In this document: in pieces, positions 51,477 through 62,840 of the stretch | Layout of the letters: each line of letters opens with the position of its first letter | Numbering within the stretch: position 1 is the first letter of the stretch | DNA from: Anthoceros angustus | Taxonomy: Eukaryota; Plantae; Anthocerotophyta | DNA length: 64,000 nucleotides | NCBI GenBank assembly: GCA_010909165.1 | Contig: MU008186.1 | Span: 434,001-498,000, forward strand | Direction: 5' to 3' | Notes under the pieces: model-generated | Seen by the model: the letters and a program-made list of their open reading frames with translations, nothing else | Database searches by the model: none | Told to the model about the DNA's origin: nothing | Made by a program: the position numbers and the translations under genes

Positions 51477-51888
51477 AAGGTTCAGCTTCTGCCTTCACAT
51501 TTGGCTCCTCCTTCACTCCACGACGACATCGTTTGGTGGGGGCAAGTGCAATTTGCACGCAATCTTCATCCTGATGGAGCTGATTGCCTCCAGACTAAGA
51601 TGCTGGATGCACCTGTAAGAAAGGGCTCGCTGGCGACTGCCACATAGCAAGAGGTGGCAAGGAATTGCCAACAGCTGACGCCCCAAGGATGGGCACTGTG
51701 TAAGGCAATGGAAAGTTATTGGCAGAAGAAAAACCGCTCACTTGTGAGCCTTGCGAGAAGCTGGTTATTTGTGAGCCTTCTGCGAAGCCGTTCCTTCGCC
51801 ACTGAACTTGAACATTGAAACGACCATTGAAACCACCACTGACGTACGAGAACATACTTTCATGAGGCTGACGCAGAAACGAATCCAT
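51477..51888 (-). mobile_element. PIF/Harbinger ORF2, N-terminal part
   Basis: Removing the Gypsy element and one TSD copy joins ..VKAEAEP|STSGKRADAWK.. in frame; there is one internal TAG at 51595-51597. Confidence 0.75.
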
Positions 51889-52168
51889 GTTTGCCTTGCT
51901 TAAGCAAAGCAATGGTTTCTAAATGAGGTTCACGACTTATGGAAGAAGGTGCGCTTCCCGCTACAAAATGAAGTGAGTCACTAGGTTGAACGGCATGGTG
52001 AACGGGGTGTCCAAACAGACGTGAGAGATAAATTATTTACCGTAATAAAGTCTTAAAAAATATTACATGTCTATATACCATTGCTTAGAAGTTTTTGGGT
52101 CCGACATAAACAGACCCTGTCGGTAGCTACTAACACCTTTCACAAGTGAGAGAACTTGCCAAGTCACC

Positions 52169-52304
52169 ATGGCATGACCGGGCAGTGTATAGGTTAAGGG
52201 TTTACGGGCAACACCCAATCCCGGCTATGGCATGACCGGGTAGTGTATAAGGGGTTTACGGGCAACCCAATCCCTGATAAGGTGGTCATAGTGTAAACCC
52301 GGCC
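52169..52304. repeat. Two ~50-bp direct repeats and a candidate Harbinger terminus (…GTGTAAACCCGGCC)
   Basis: atggcatgaccggg.agtgtata…gggtttacgggcaac..ccaatccc occurs twice. The reverse complement of the end (GGCCGGGTTTACAC) resembles PIF TIRs; I found no partner TIR. Confidence 0.55.
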
Positions 52305-52500
52305 TCAAAGTGCAGTGGCAGTACACACGTGCCGACAAGAACGCCAGTGGTTGCGCAACCCGACGTGGAATTGCATACATTTGGCTTCCCGTCGCACATG
52401 AGATAGTGGCATTTCCAGCAAAGCATCATGCCTGAAGAGTCCTGCGTCTTCCAGTGAAGCCTGTAGCCAGCGCTGAGCAGGAGTGGAACTGTTGGTCGTC

Positions 52501-55500
52501 ATGGCGAAGGTGTGGCTTGAAGTGGGGAGTGATGGCGTCGGTGTTATCACATTTGAGAACCCACCTGTGAATGCACTCAGTGTCGCTGGTCAGTGGATTC
52601 AGCTCCACTATCGGAAACAAGTTTGACCTGGTACTGTGTCGCGGGTTTGGTTCACGGAGCACTCGATTATTTAGACATGTTTGCAAACTTGTGCAGTTTG
52701 GAATGGATTGTACTTGCGCTACAAAGAGGCCTACGACAGAGAGGATGTCAAAGCCATTGTTCTCACTGGTCAGATTCCCAGCGGATGTATAAGATGTTGT
52801 TTCGGATTTTGCCATTTTTTCCAGTCACTTGCTGCTGGGATACACTCCCCTGTTGAACACGGTGTGGGTTTGAAGGTGGGGGCAGCAAGTTCTGTGGAGG
52901 AGCGGACGCTACTGGTTTCAAGAGTGTTAATGAGCCAAGTAAGTAGACCGAGCTTCGACTGGCAAGCCCAATTCTCTACGGCCAGCCATCTTCTTTTTCT
53001 TTCTAATCTGTGGCTGGAATCTTGTGCAGAGCGGGATGATTTGGTGCCTATGGACAGGCGTGACTTTGCGAACAAGTTCCTTGAAGGTTTGGTGGTGGCT
53101 GTCCTCTCCATTCCCTGTGCAGTGTGTGTGTAATTTCCCTTCCCTCTCGGCCTGATTTATATCGTGTTTGAGCAGACGGGCCTAAGCCAAGTGTTGCTGC
53201 AATCGAGACCTTTGCGTTGGGTGGAGGCTTGGAGGTTGCCATGGTACTACTGTGTAACTGAGCTCCTTTTGAGAAGGCTATTTGCCTTCTGTATCTGATT
53301 GTCGGCACCGTGCATCGGAGGCAGAAATCCTGATGTGATACTGGTGTAACAGGTTTGCCATGCAAGAATAGCTGTTCCAAAAGCAACCCTTGGCCTGCCA
53401 GAACTGCAACTGGGAATCATCCCAGGATTGGGTGGTAATCACACGCATGCATTTAAAGTGGAAGGGTCCAGGCAAAATGATGTCCAGATCTGTTGCAAAG
53501 GTTTCTGAGGCTTTTGGTCTGTTCGGTGAAGGTACTCAGCGCCTGCCACGGTTAGTAGGAGTGAAGAAAGCATTGGAGATGATGCTGGTATATCGGCTTA
53601 TTTCTTCACACCAAACATTTGCAACCAGTATGTCTGGAATTGGCCAAGAGCATACGTGGGCAGTGACTTGTGATTAAGGGTGACAGTGCATGGAACATGC
53701 AGGCATCAAAGACTATCTCCTCAGAGGAGGCAAAGGAATTAGGACTTGTGGACGAAATTGCGCAGCCTGAAGAGTTACTCAAGGTTGCTCGCAGCTGGGC
53801 TCTGGACATTGCCCAACGAAAGCAAATCTGGCAAGTATCACTGTTGAAGGTGGATCGGATAGGGCCCATTGAAGAGGCTTTGCAAGCAGTTCGTGAGGCT
53901 AGAACTAAAGCTCAGAAGGCACTACGAAATGTGATCCACCCTTTCAAGTGTTTAGATGTGATTGAGGAAGGCTTGCGCAGAGGTGGTTTAGCAGGAACTG
54001 CTGAGGTCAGTATGGTCAGTGTTTGAAAGTGTCATGCGATCATTACCATGCCTTGAGCTAAGGTGTGGATTGTCCTTGACAGGAAGCAAAGGTAGCCAAT
54101 GAGTTGATGCAGACTTCACAATCCAAAGCCCTTACTCATGTCTTCTTTGCACAACGTGCAGCCAGTAAGGTGAATGGTCAAGCCTTCAAATGGTTTCCCA
54201 TAATGGTTGTGACTATCTTTGCTAATCTTTTCTCCGACTCAGATTCCTGGCATCTCAGATCAGAAACTGAAGCCCCGGCCCATCAGAACGGTTGCTATCG
54301 TGGGCGGTGGTTTGATGGGTTCAGGAATTGCAACTTCTCTGATACTGAGTGGAATTCCGATTTATTTGAAAGAGGTTAACAACGCATTCCTACAGGCTGG
54401 CACTGATCGTATTGCAGGTATGCATGTAGCATGTCGTCATAATGTAGTGATGGAATAGGTCTTTTGTGAGCGTTTGCGTGTCCTGTGCAGAAAATCTAAA
54501 AAGACGTTTTCCTAGAAGTCATACACGACAGGATTTGTTGCAAGTTAAGTTACAGGAGACGCTCAATCTTGTGAAAGGCACTCTCGACTACAACGACTTC
54601 CAGAATGTTGATCTTGTGATTGAGGTACTTGGACTGGAGGATGTTTCTGACTTGCGTTATCAGGTAGCATTGGTGGCTAATTTTGTTTTCTAGCACTATA
54701 GGCTGTGGTGGAAAACGTTCGCCTCAAGCAAGAAATATTCTACAATTTAGAGAAGTATTGCAGCCCTCAGTGCATACTCGCATCAAATACTTCAACAATT
54801 GATCTACGTGTTGTTGGTGCAAGGACTAATGCTCAGCATCGTATTGTTGGGCTACACTACTTCAGGTATGACTGGACAATACATGTGGAACTTTTTCCAG
54901 TTTATTTCTGGGACTCGACTTAAACTTTGTGGGATACTTACATCTTTGTGCTCATGCGGTGCAGTCCAGCCCATGTGATGCCCCTGTTGGAGATAGTCCG
55001 CACTGAACATACATCAGCGCAAGTTCTTGTGGACTCATTAGCGCTAGCTAGGATTACCAAGAAAGTTTCTGTCGTTGTGGAGAGCTCAATAGGCTTTGCA
55101 GTGAACAGAGTATTCTTCCCGTATAGCATGGCAGCTGTCTTCCTAGCAGTTGCAGGAGTGGATCCGAATCGATTGGACAGGGTTATTGAAGGCTTTGGCA
55201 TGCCCATGGGTCCTTTTAGGTACTTGCCTGCACTTTCAGTTTCCTTAATTTGAGCTTTGTTGTCTGGAGGTGATCTTGAGGATATTCCATTCAGTGCACC
55301 ACAACCAACCAGATCACATTTGAGAGTTTGCAGACTGTCGGACCTTACGGGAATAGAGGTGGCTGCTGCAGTTACCAAAATATGGTGCCAAGCGTTTCCA
55401 GATCGAACATATGAAATAAGCTTCTGGGATTCTCTCATCAAGGCTGAAAGATTGGGTGAGTGCACAGTTCAATAACGACATTCAAACTATCTCCATACAA

Positions 55501-56266
55501 GTTGAGGTCTACCGACATGTGGGCTCACTTATACTTTCAAATGCAGGGGAAAAAGTTGGTAAGGGAACTTATGACTATAAGCCAGGAACCAGAGCACCTA
55601 CAACTAGTATTGAGACAGAGAATATCCTGCAAGAGTTGAGGAGATCTTCAGGTGTCAGGCAGGTATGTCAATGTTCCGGTTGCCAGCTAGCAGTTGCTGC
55701 CAGTGTCCGATAGCAGAAGGGTGCAAAAGACTCACTGCCTTCCTGTGGCTGGGTGCAACAGGGAGCAAGTTGGACAGATGAGGAGATAGTGGAAATGGTA
55801 TTGTTTCCTGTTGTGAATGAAGCATGTCGAACCCTCGAGGAAGGGGTGGTCATTCGTGCATCAGATTTGGATCTTGCATCGGTCCTGGGAATGTGTTTCC
55901 CGAAGTACAGGTAAACAAATTTGTCCTCGGGCCTGAAAGCCGTGTCATTGCGTGTTCTGCTTCTCAAGGCTTGTGTACTACGCAGAGGTGGTATCGTCTT
56001 CTGGGCTGACGTCGTTGGTCCGGGGCATATCTGTTCGCGGTTGGCACACTGGTCGAGTTTGTATGGAGATTTTTTCAAGCCGTCTTCTGCTTTAGAAAGG
56101 GTGGCGGCCCAGAAGCGGCAAGTCGTAAGTGGAAAGACCTAAGACCATTTGTTCTTGCTGATTGCAGATGTTTCCAAATGCAATGACGGCAGTCCAATCA
56201 AACCATACTAACGATGGATGCTTTGGGCAGGCTGACATCCCAGCTATACTGCCGGCCAGGTTATGA
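52501..56266 (+). CDS. MFP: Peroxisomal fatty-acid beta-oxidation multifunctional protein (AIM1/MFP2 family), multi-exon
   Basis: Hydratase: [40 protein letters not shown]. Dehydrogenase: [41 protein letters not shown]. The last exon (56231-56266) ends in PTS1 ARL*. Confidence 0.95.
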
Positions 56267-58914
56267 GGTTTCAAGTACCGAGGCCAATCCCCGCTTGACC
56301 CAAGAAAGTTGTACCTGGCAGAAAAGGACGATGGCCGTTTTAAAATTGTGGGAAGCTCGCAGCGAAAGTTGGAGATGGGCAGGTCACCGAGGTGCGTTAA
56401 GGATTGTTTGTGCAAGCTTGGAACCAGTCTCTGTCGATGGCTTGTACCCGACCATTGTGAACTAGCACTTAGATTTAGCACAGATTCACGTGACAAATTG
56501 AGTACAGAAATGCTGAACGCAAATAGTGCAACCAATACTAATTAACCCAACACCATCAAAGTTTGATTGTCTCCCGGAAAAGTAGGCCCGCAATCTTCAC
56601 TGCACTGAGAAAATCTCCTACTTGCATTTTCTTTTCTCGGAAGAAGATGGAGTTATTGCAGGGAAGGCCCCTCTTTATCTCCTGGGAAGTAAGACTGTTA
56701 ACTACAGTCTTGCTCATAGAACTTGACTACTGACAATGTAAGACATCACCCTCATCCCTCGCTCTTGCTTTCCTTGTTATTCTGCTCATCTGCTCCAAGT
56801 TCTTGTGATAGCCTGAATCCTTCATCCGAGTAAATACAGTTCTCGCAAATCTCACCAAATCTGACAAATGCCAAACTCGGTTCATCTGGTCTCCCCTTTC
56901 GGAGCCGGGGACTGTATCCTTTGAAGCATTCAGGCATCACGTCCTGAGAGACAGCCAGAGCAGAGGATTTGGTGTTACTAGCACAGTCAGGACTGCAAGA
57001 CTTGCTTCCTGTATCAAACCATGACATGTATGTACGTATGCACTGTCAAGGTTGTGATCATTGCCTCCGTCTCCTTCGATGCAGCCCTCGTGTCAGGAAT
57101 CCGCTGAAGGGTATGTGTCTCACGACGTAAGTCCAGGTGCGCACAACCACCCTTGGCAACCTTATTGCATGCTTGCACTTGCCATAGCATTTGTGTAGTA
57201 AAATGGCAAGCAGGAGGGTGATGAGCATCACCTGCAGCAACCACCAAAAATTTGTTAAACATCATGTCGAGAGCATCTGGGTGTTTTAAAATTCTTCAGA
57301 TTAATGGTGAACAAAACACAAAAGGTATTGCTCTATGCGAGCAGGGTGGACCAGGTTCATCCAGCAAGCTCTAGGCTAACTAATTTCGAGAGACTTGGTG
57401 ATGCATCCGATGCTTCACCCCAGTTTGCCCTCTGCCAGATTTGGGGCATTGCTGTCCATGACACTCTTTCTGAAACATCACGTAACCTGTCCATCTAAAC
57501 CTTGCCTGTCAGCTGTCTGCACTGACCTTGATTGGAGACGCAAGACGAATCTCACGCACTGCAGCATGGCAGTGGTGGTATATATCCCTGTAAGTCCCAA
57601 CGACCATGGAAGTCACCCAGTTACCATGTATCTTGCACCACCACATTATGAGGCTCAGCGGTGAGTGCGCCAAGAATTACGGATTTAGGGAGCTGTTTAC
57701 TAGGAGATCACACCTATCTTCTCTTCAGATCAGAAAGGAAATTGGGCAACCAGATGCCTCATAGGTTTGGGGGCTTTGCTAACTCGTGGCTTGTGTGTTT
57801 CTACAGGTCACATCGCTGGACTTCAAGACAGGTCATATCAGTACCTTGACTAAGCATGTGCAGCCACCTGTAGGTGGGGTGGGAAATTCCTGTTGTGGAT
57901 GATGAGTTGAGCGATTACAGTACCTGCATGTACTGGCCCCATGGTCCGCTGAAAATGTTGAAGGGATTGACGATGTGCACCGCCCAGGGATGGGCTCGAG
58001 TGAAGCGCTTCAGCCCGGTAGTGACGTGGTGGACATATGCATGGCACCACCCTGTTTTCCTGCTGAAAAAAGACATATTCCAACGCTGGAGAATGCAGCG
58101 CTCAAAGTTCTCCTCCCTGGAAGGATGTGGAGCCTTCGGGTGACAGCTGCTTGTGCTGGCTCATCTTCCGGGTTAAACACAAAACCATAGTTTCTGTTGC
58201 ATTTCTGTGGCCATCTGCTGTAATAGTCGGACGCGAGGATGGAATATATTCGAAGTCTTCGACAAAACAATCTTGCGCCTCCCGATGGATCTTCTCTACG
58301 CCATCAACCTTCGCAATGCGGCTACATCCAGCGAGCCACAGAACAGGTGCAAAGACGCAGATGGCGAGCGAGAGATACAAAGGAAGCGTGGCGTGCCTGG
58401 AGGCGCGAGAGATAGCGAACGGCGGTTAGTGTCCGGTACCCCAGCGGACACCGCCAGTGTCCGTGTCCCGGGAAGGGGATCCCCCCGGGACAGCGGTTAA
58501 GCCTTTTCCTCCTTAAAAAAAAAAAAAGGATCTTTTACCTTCTGTAATTCCCGTGAACCGCTACTTTGTCCTTCAACGTTTGTCTTTCCAAACGACCTAT
58601 GTACCTTAGTAGAGTCCGACCTGGCATCTCGTTTTCCACTGGGAGACTCGACTGCTATACCTTCGGGCTTCCAGCAGCTTCCATGGAAACAGTGGAATTG
58701 GATCCTAAAGTCTCGGCCCTTGAGGCGTGCTGTCTGTGCTGAAGCCCCTAGGGTTGTCCCACAGCTTTGCTACCAACCCCTAAATCAACTTCTTCAGAAA
58801 AGCTGTCTGGGATCTGGAACAGGCTTTCCAAGGGTGACTGTGTGATCCCTGAGCTCTGGATGTGTTGGAGGTTGTCCTCGAGATTATAAAGCTTCGGAAC
58901 CGCTAGGCCAAGAA

Positions 58915-59096
58915 GGCCGAGCCCTCTCCGTTCTTCACCTGACCGAGCCCACTCCGTTCTTCACCTGACCGAGCCCTCTCCCTTCTTCACCTGACCGAGC
59001 CCTCTCCCTTCTTCACCTGACCGAGCCCTCTCCCTTCTTCACCTGACCGAGCCCTCTCCCTTCTTCACCTGACCGAGCCCTCTCCTTTTTTCACCT
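58915..59096. repeat. 26-bp minisatellite, 7 copies (GACCGAGCCCTCTCCCTTCTTCACCT)
   Basis: Read directly from the sequence. Confidence 0.95.
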
Positions 59097-59109
59097 AGTT
59101 GACTCCTCT

Positions 59110-59225
59110 CCTTTCCATCACAATTGATTGTGAGGACAGTTTTTACACGATCCTTTCCATGGCATTTGATTGTGAGGACAGTGCTTACACGATCCTTTCC
59201 ATCACAATTGATTGTGAGGACAGTA
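59110..59225. repeat. 42-bp tandem repeat, ~2.7 copies, with internal palindrome TCACAAT-TG-ATTGTGA
   Basis: Read directly from the sequence. Confidence 0.9.
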
Positions 59226-59543
59226 CCTGCTCGCGTAAGCAGCTCAACAAAGTTCATCCTTGGCCTGTGACAAGCTACCGTTCTATAGTACGGAGTTTGA
59301 ACATTCACGGTGTCTTGTTGCCTGCTTCCCTGGCCACGCGAGCTTCCAACATGATCGTCTCCAAGGTACATCTGCCCAACATAACGAGAATTGCTGGACT
59401 CCAGATTCTTCCCTGTACAACAGAAGCTGACGGGTTTTCTTCTGTACCACCACCAGGAACACAAGCCAGAAATCGTGATGAAACCACCGGATCGTACCTG
59501 AACGTGCGACCTGATTTTCATAAGGCGGCAGGAAGCCTGCATC

Positions 59544-60716
59544 CTACACCAGAGAAGCCAGCCGCGGTTGAAAAGGCAAAAGCATTCTCCTGCGCGGATC
59601 CGCGATACCGAAATCCCAAGCACACCAAGTCTGCCGCCTGGTGTCGTAAGCAAGCGTGTGCTGCGACATGGCTAAATTGTTGATCCTTTCAATGCAGAGG
59701 CAGATGAAGCCACCAAGACCTGCTACCTTTGTGAGCACCGGTAGCTTGCAGCAACCTTTGAGTTTCGTGTAGTGCTTGGAGGGGCAGGCAGAGACATGCT
59801 CCCAAGCAGATTTCTCCTCATCTAGCTTCCAGATGGAGATTCCTGAAAATAATTCCAGGAATGAGACGAGATACAGAGACCCATTCTGCTCCAAAAGCTT
59901 GCGGAATAGAGCCGGTGGTGGATTGGCCATGGCTACCTCCCGCTCCTTCCTGATGGAAAACGAGTCCAGAATCTTCTCCGAAGGTAAGAGCCTCAAGGCA
60001 TGAATCACTCCTCTGCACAACACGGGCTCACAATTCGTGCATGCGCCAGCTGATCTCCATTCCAGCCTCTTCCACCTGCTCACTCTGGAGTTGTAGACGA
60101 ACACGAAGCAGCTTCCTGCCAGAGTCTTGGCTAGTAGGACAATCTCATACTGGTGTGAGCTTGTATCCACTTGCAAGAAAGCACGGTGCAACACCTCGAA
60201 CTGGTCGAACCTGAGAGTAGGCAAGTCCCTCCACCTCCTTGACAACGGGTTGCAGATCCCTAAGCATGCCTCGCCGTACGAATGCTTCCGCTTGCTGAAG
60301 CACAGCAGGCCCTTGTCTGCCGCCCACAGGTCCAGATGGTCTACTGGTAGGAAGGACAGATCAAATCTGTGTGGCCTGAGGCTGGACTGGGGCAACCGCA
60401 ACACAGACTCTCCACCAGACAGTCCAGACTCGAAGCCGAAGCCACAGAAGCAAGGAGGAGGAGAAATATCGGTACTGCCGTTTTCAGCCAGTGAACGCAG
60501 GTCGGACAACAAACAACGCCACTTCTTGCACACTGCCATGAATCTCAGGTGGCTCATGAGCGGCAATCTCATCAGCACAGCAATTAAAAGGTCTTCTGGC
60601 AACCTGCTCCATATTTCCCCTTCCATTCGCTCTCCTCCCGCTTGTAAAGCACCTGCAAGCTGGTCGTCCACAAAGAGATACAGTGATTCCTTGATCGCCA
60701 TGCATGATCCTGTCAT
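59544..60716 (-). CDS. F-box protein with F-box-associated/kelch-like C-terminus, intronless (likely start 60626)
   Basis: IWSRLPEDLLIAVLMRLP..RFMAVCKKWR; ADKGLLC; ICNPLSRRWRDLP; VYNS..W; FQPRL. Confidence 0.9.
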   Translation of the reverse strand: MTGSCMAIKESLYLFVDDQLAGALQAGGERMEGEIWSRLPEDLLIAVLMRLPLMSHLRFMAVCKKWRCLLSDLRSLAENGSTDISPPPCFCGFGFESGLSGGESVLRLPQSSLRPHRFDLSFLPVDHLDLWAADKGLLCFSKRKHSYGEACLGICNPLSRRWRDLPTLRFDQFEVLHRAFLQVDTSSHQYEIVLLAKTLAGSCFVFVYNSRVSRWKRLEWRSAGACTNCEPVLCRGVIHALRLLPSEKILDSFSIRKEREVAMANPPPALFRKLLEQNGSLYLVSFLELFSGISIWKLDEEKSAWEHVSACPSKHYTKLKGCCKLPVLTKVAGLGGFICLCIERINNLAMSQHTLAYDTRRQTWCAWDFGIADPRRRMLLPFQPRLASLV

Positions 60717-61599
60717 CGGATGGAAGTCGCAGAATTGAACAACAAGCAGGCCGCCAGAGGATTTGGAGAGGGCATCTCATTAGCCCTAAATTCCCAGCTT
60801 GAACGCCGAGATTTCAGAGACAGGTCCCTGATTTGTGGCTGCTCTGCCCTTACTAATTTGAGAGGAATGACAAGGGGTGGCACGATACATTTCCAAACCG
60901 AAGAGCAAAACCACCTCCGTGATTCTGTGGAATGATGTTATATCGGCGTCATTTGAGACTGAACATGGGGCTTTCCAGATGAGGCAAGTGTGTTCCAGGA
61001 AGACTGCAGTCTTCAAAGCACCTGTGGGATAATGACCAATTGCAGCCCAAGGCAAAGTGTGACAAAACTTGCAGTTTCAAGAAAGGTGAGGGGCGTGAAG
61101 AGCCCACAGTTTCGGGTCAGTTGACTGGTAGATATGCTCTGACGTCATATGAACCAAGTTTTAGGAGCTCATGTAGTACCAGGAGTTTGGGCCCAGTGAG
61201 AGATGCTTTGAGTGTGTAGCTCTGAGTGCAAAGGTTTTTGAAGCCTGTTGGTTGACTCGTCGTTACCATAACGAGTTACCATCCACCAGGTCCACAGGGC
61301 AGGGTTACTCCTCCCACAACCCACCCGAACTGGAGCTTTCCAGAAATGGGAATATGCCCAACCAGCCCAATTCAAGATCGATGATGGCCTTGGGATGAGA
61401 ACCAGCTGCGTGTGCACTATTTGTCAAGACAAAGCACGAACCGCTCCAAAAGGCTTCTGCTGGTCCCTGTCGTAAACACTATGTTCACCTTCTGCCAGGA
61501 GGAGCTCTCAAGACTGTTGTTGATTTTAAAATGCAGCTATGTAAGCTTGCAGTCCAGTTTGTTAGCCGGGGGGCGGAGAGGGGGGTGGGGGCAACCGAC

Positions 61600-61770
61600 A
61601 TAACCTGTACTGGGACCCTTCTCAGACCCCATCGAAATGTACTGGAGTTCTCCCATGTTTTGTGGGCCCGTCATGCTGCTCAAGCTGGAACAGGCTCATG
61701 TGGTGTGGGTCTCGAATCCCCCTGTTGCACAAGAATGCTTGAAGACAAGTCATCAAGCTCTAGTATATGA
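61600..61770 (+). pseudogene. Isolated N-terminal P450 fragment
   Basis: PHRNVLEFS / GPVMLLKLEQAHVVWVSNPPVAQECLKT parallels the [29 protein letters not shown] segment of the P450 at 1561; it contains a frameshift. Confidence 0.6.
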
Positions 61771-62840
61771 GCTTTCAGAATTACAAGCTTTGAACGGCCA
61801 CGCCAATACCGGTGCCTCCCACTTCTTCACTACCAAGTGCTCACCCATGGCGACATACATATTGTATCTTACGAACCAGATCCACAAGCACATGGCGGAG
61901 TCGCAGCAGTCTCAGCAAGTTCGGACAGAGGAGCTGGACTTGTTGGTTTCTCTGGCATCTCACACCAAGAAGGCCTTGAAACCTGCCCGACACACTGGAC
62001 ATGCATGATGTTTGTGAGCTACAATACAACCCAGCAGTACCATTCTTCACCTTCAAGGCCGCTATGGTGAAGCACACCCTGGCGCACTACATCCCTACTA
62101 TCCTGGCTCACTAGGCTCTCGGCATGCACAACCAAGATGAGGACAGCCTTGCACCTTCCACACAAACACCTCCAATCCCTGCTCCACGATCGCACCCAAA
62201 GGCTGCAGCAGATCTCCCCGCAGGCCCGCCAGGACCACCTTCATTCAGGGTGAGCAGATCGAACTGAGCGGTGCGGACTATAATCCGTGAGCGTAACCTT
62301 TAGGATGGCAATCCCTGCAGACGCGAACCCTGTGTAACATATATCAGCTGCCTTCAAGGCGGGCTCTAAAACCGTGGAAGAGAAAGTGCAACCTCCTGTT
62401 AGGTTCACCTGCGTTTGAAGACGAAGCAATAAGCAGAGCAAATCAGCAGGGCAAGCTAGGCAGTTCTTTTCCAGAGTCATTCCATCTGTCAGTCGGGTGT
62501 CGTAGTTGCTATCTACTGTGAAAGTGTTCTCTTTCATGGGTGGATCCCATCGTTTTCCCATCGTGTGCTTTCAAAGCGCACTTCCAAGCACTGCTTCGAA
62601 GTGTTCCTTTTGCTTGGGATTGTCACTTCGTGCTAGCATTGCATGCTCTCTTTTGGAGACGCGATTGGACTGGTGAGACCACCCACCGTTTCCAGTGAGG
62701 CGTTTTGGCCTCGGTACGTGGGTCCTGGAGGTGACGTGTGAAGCTGAAAAGAGGTTCCAAGAAACGTGCATTTCATCAGGAGCACCTTCCACCAAGTTGT
62801 TTAGGTCGCTGTACATGATTTCAACCTCAAACGGGGAGAG

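Noticed and set aside
58915-59225. CRISPR-like array
   Set aside because: Head-to-tail repeats without spacers, eukaryotic context and no cas genes.
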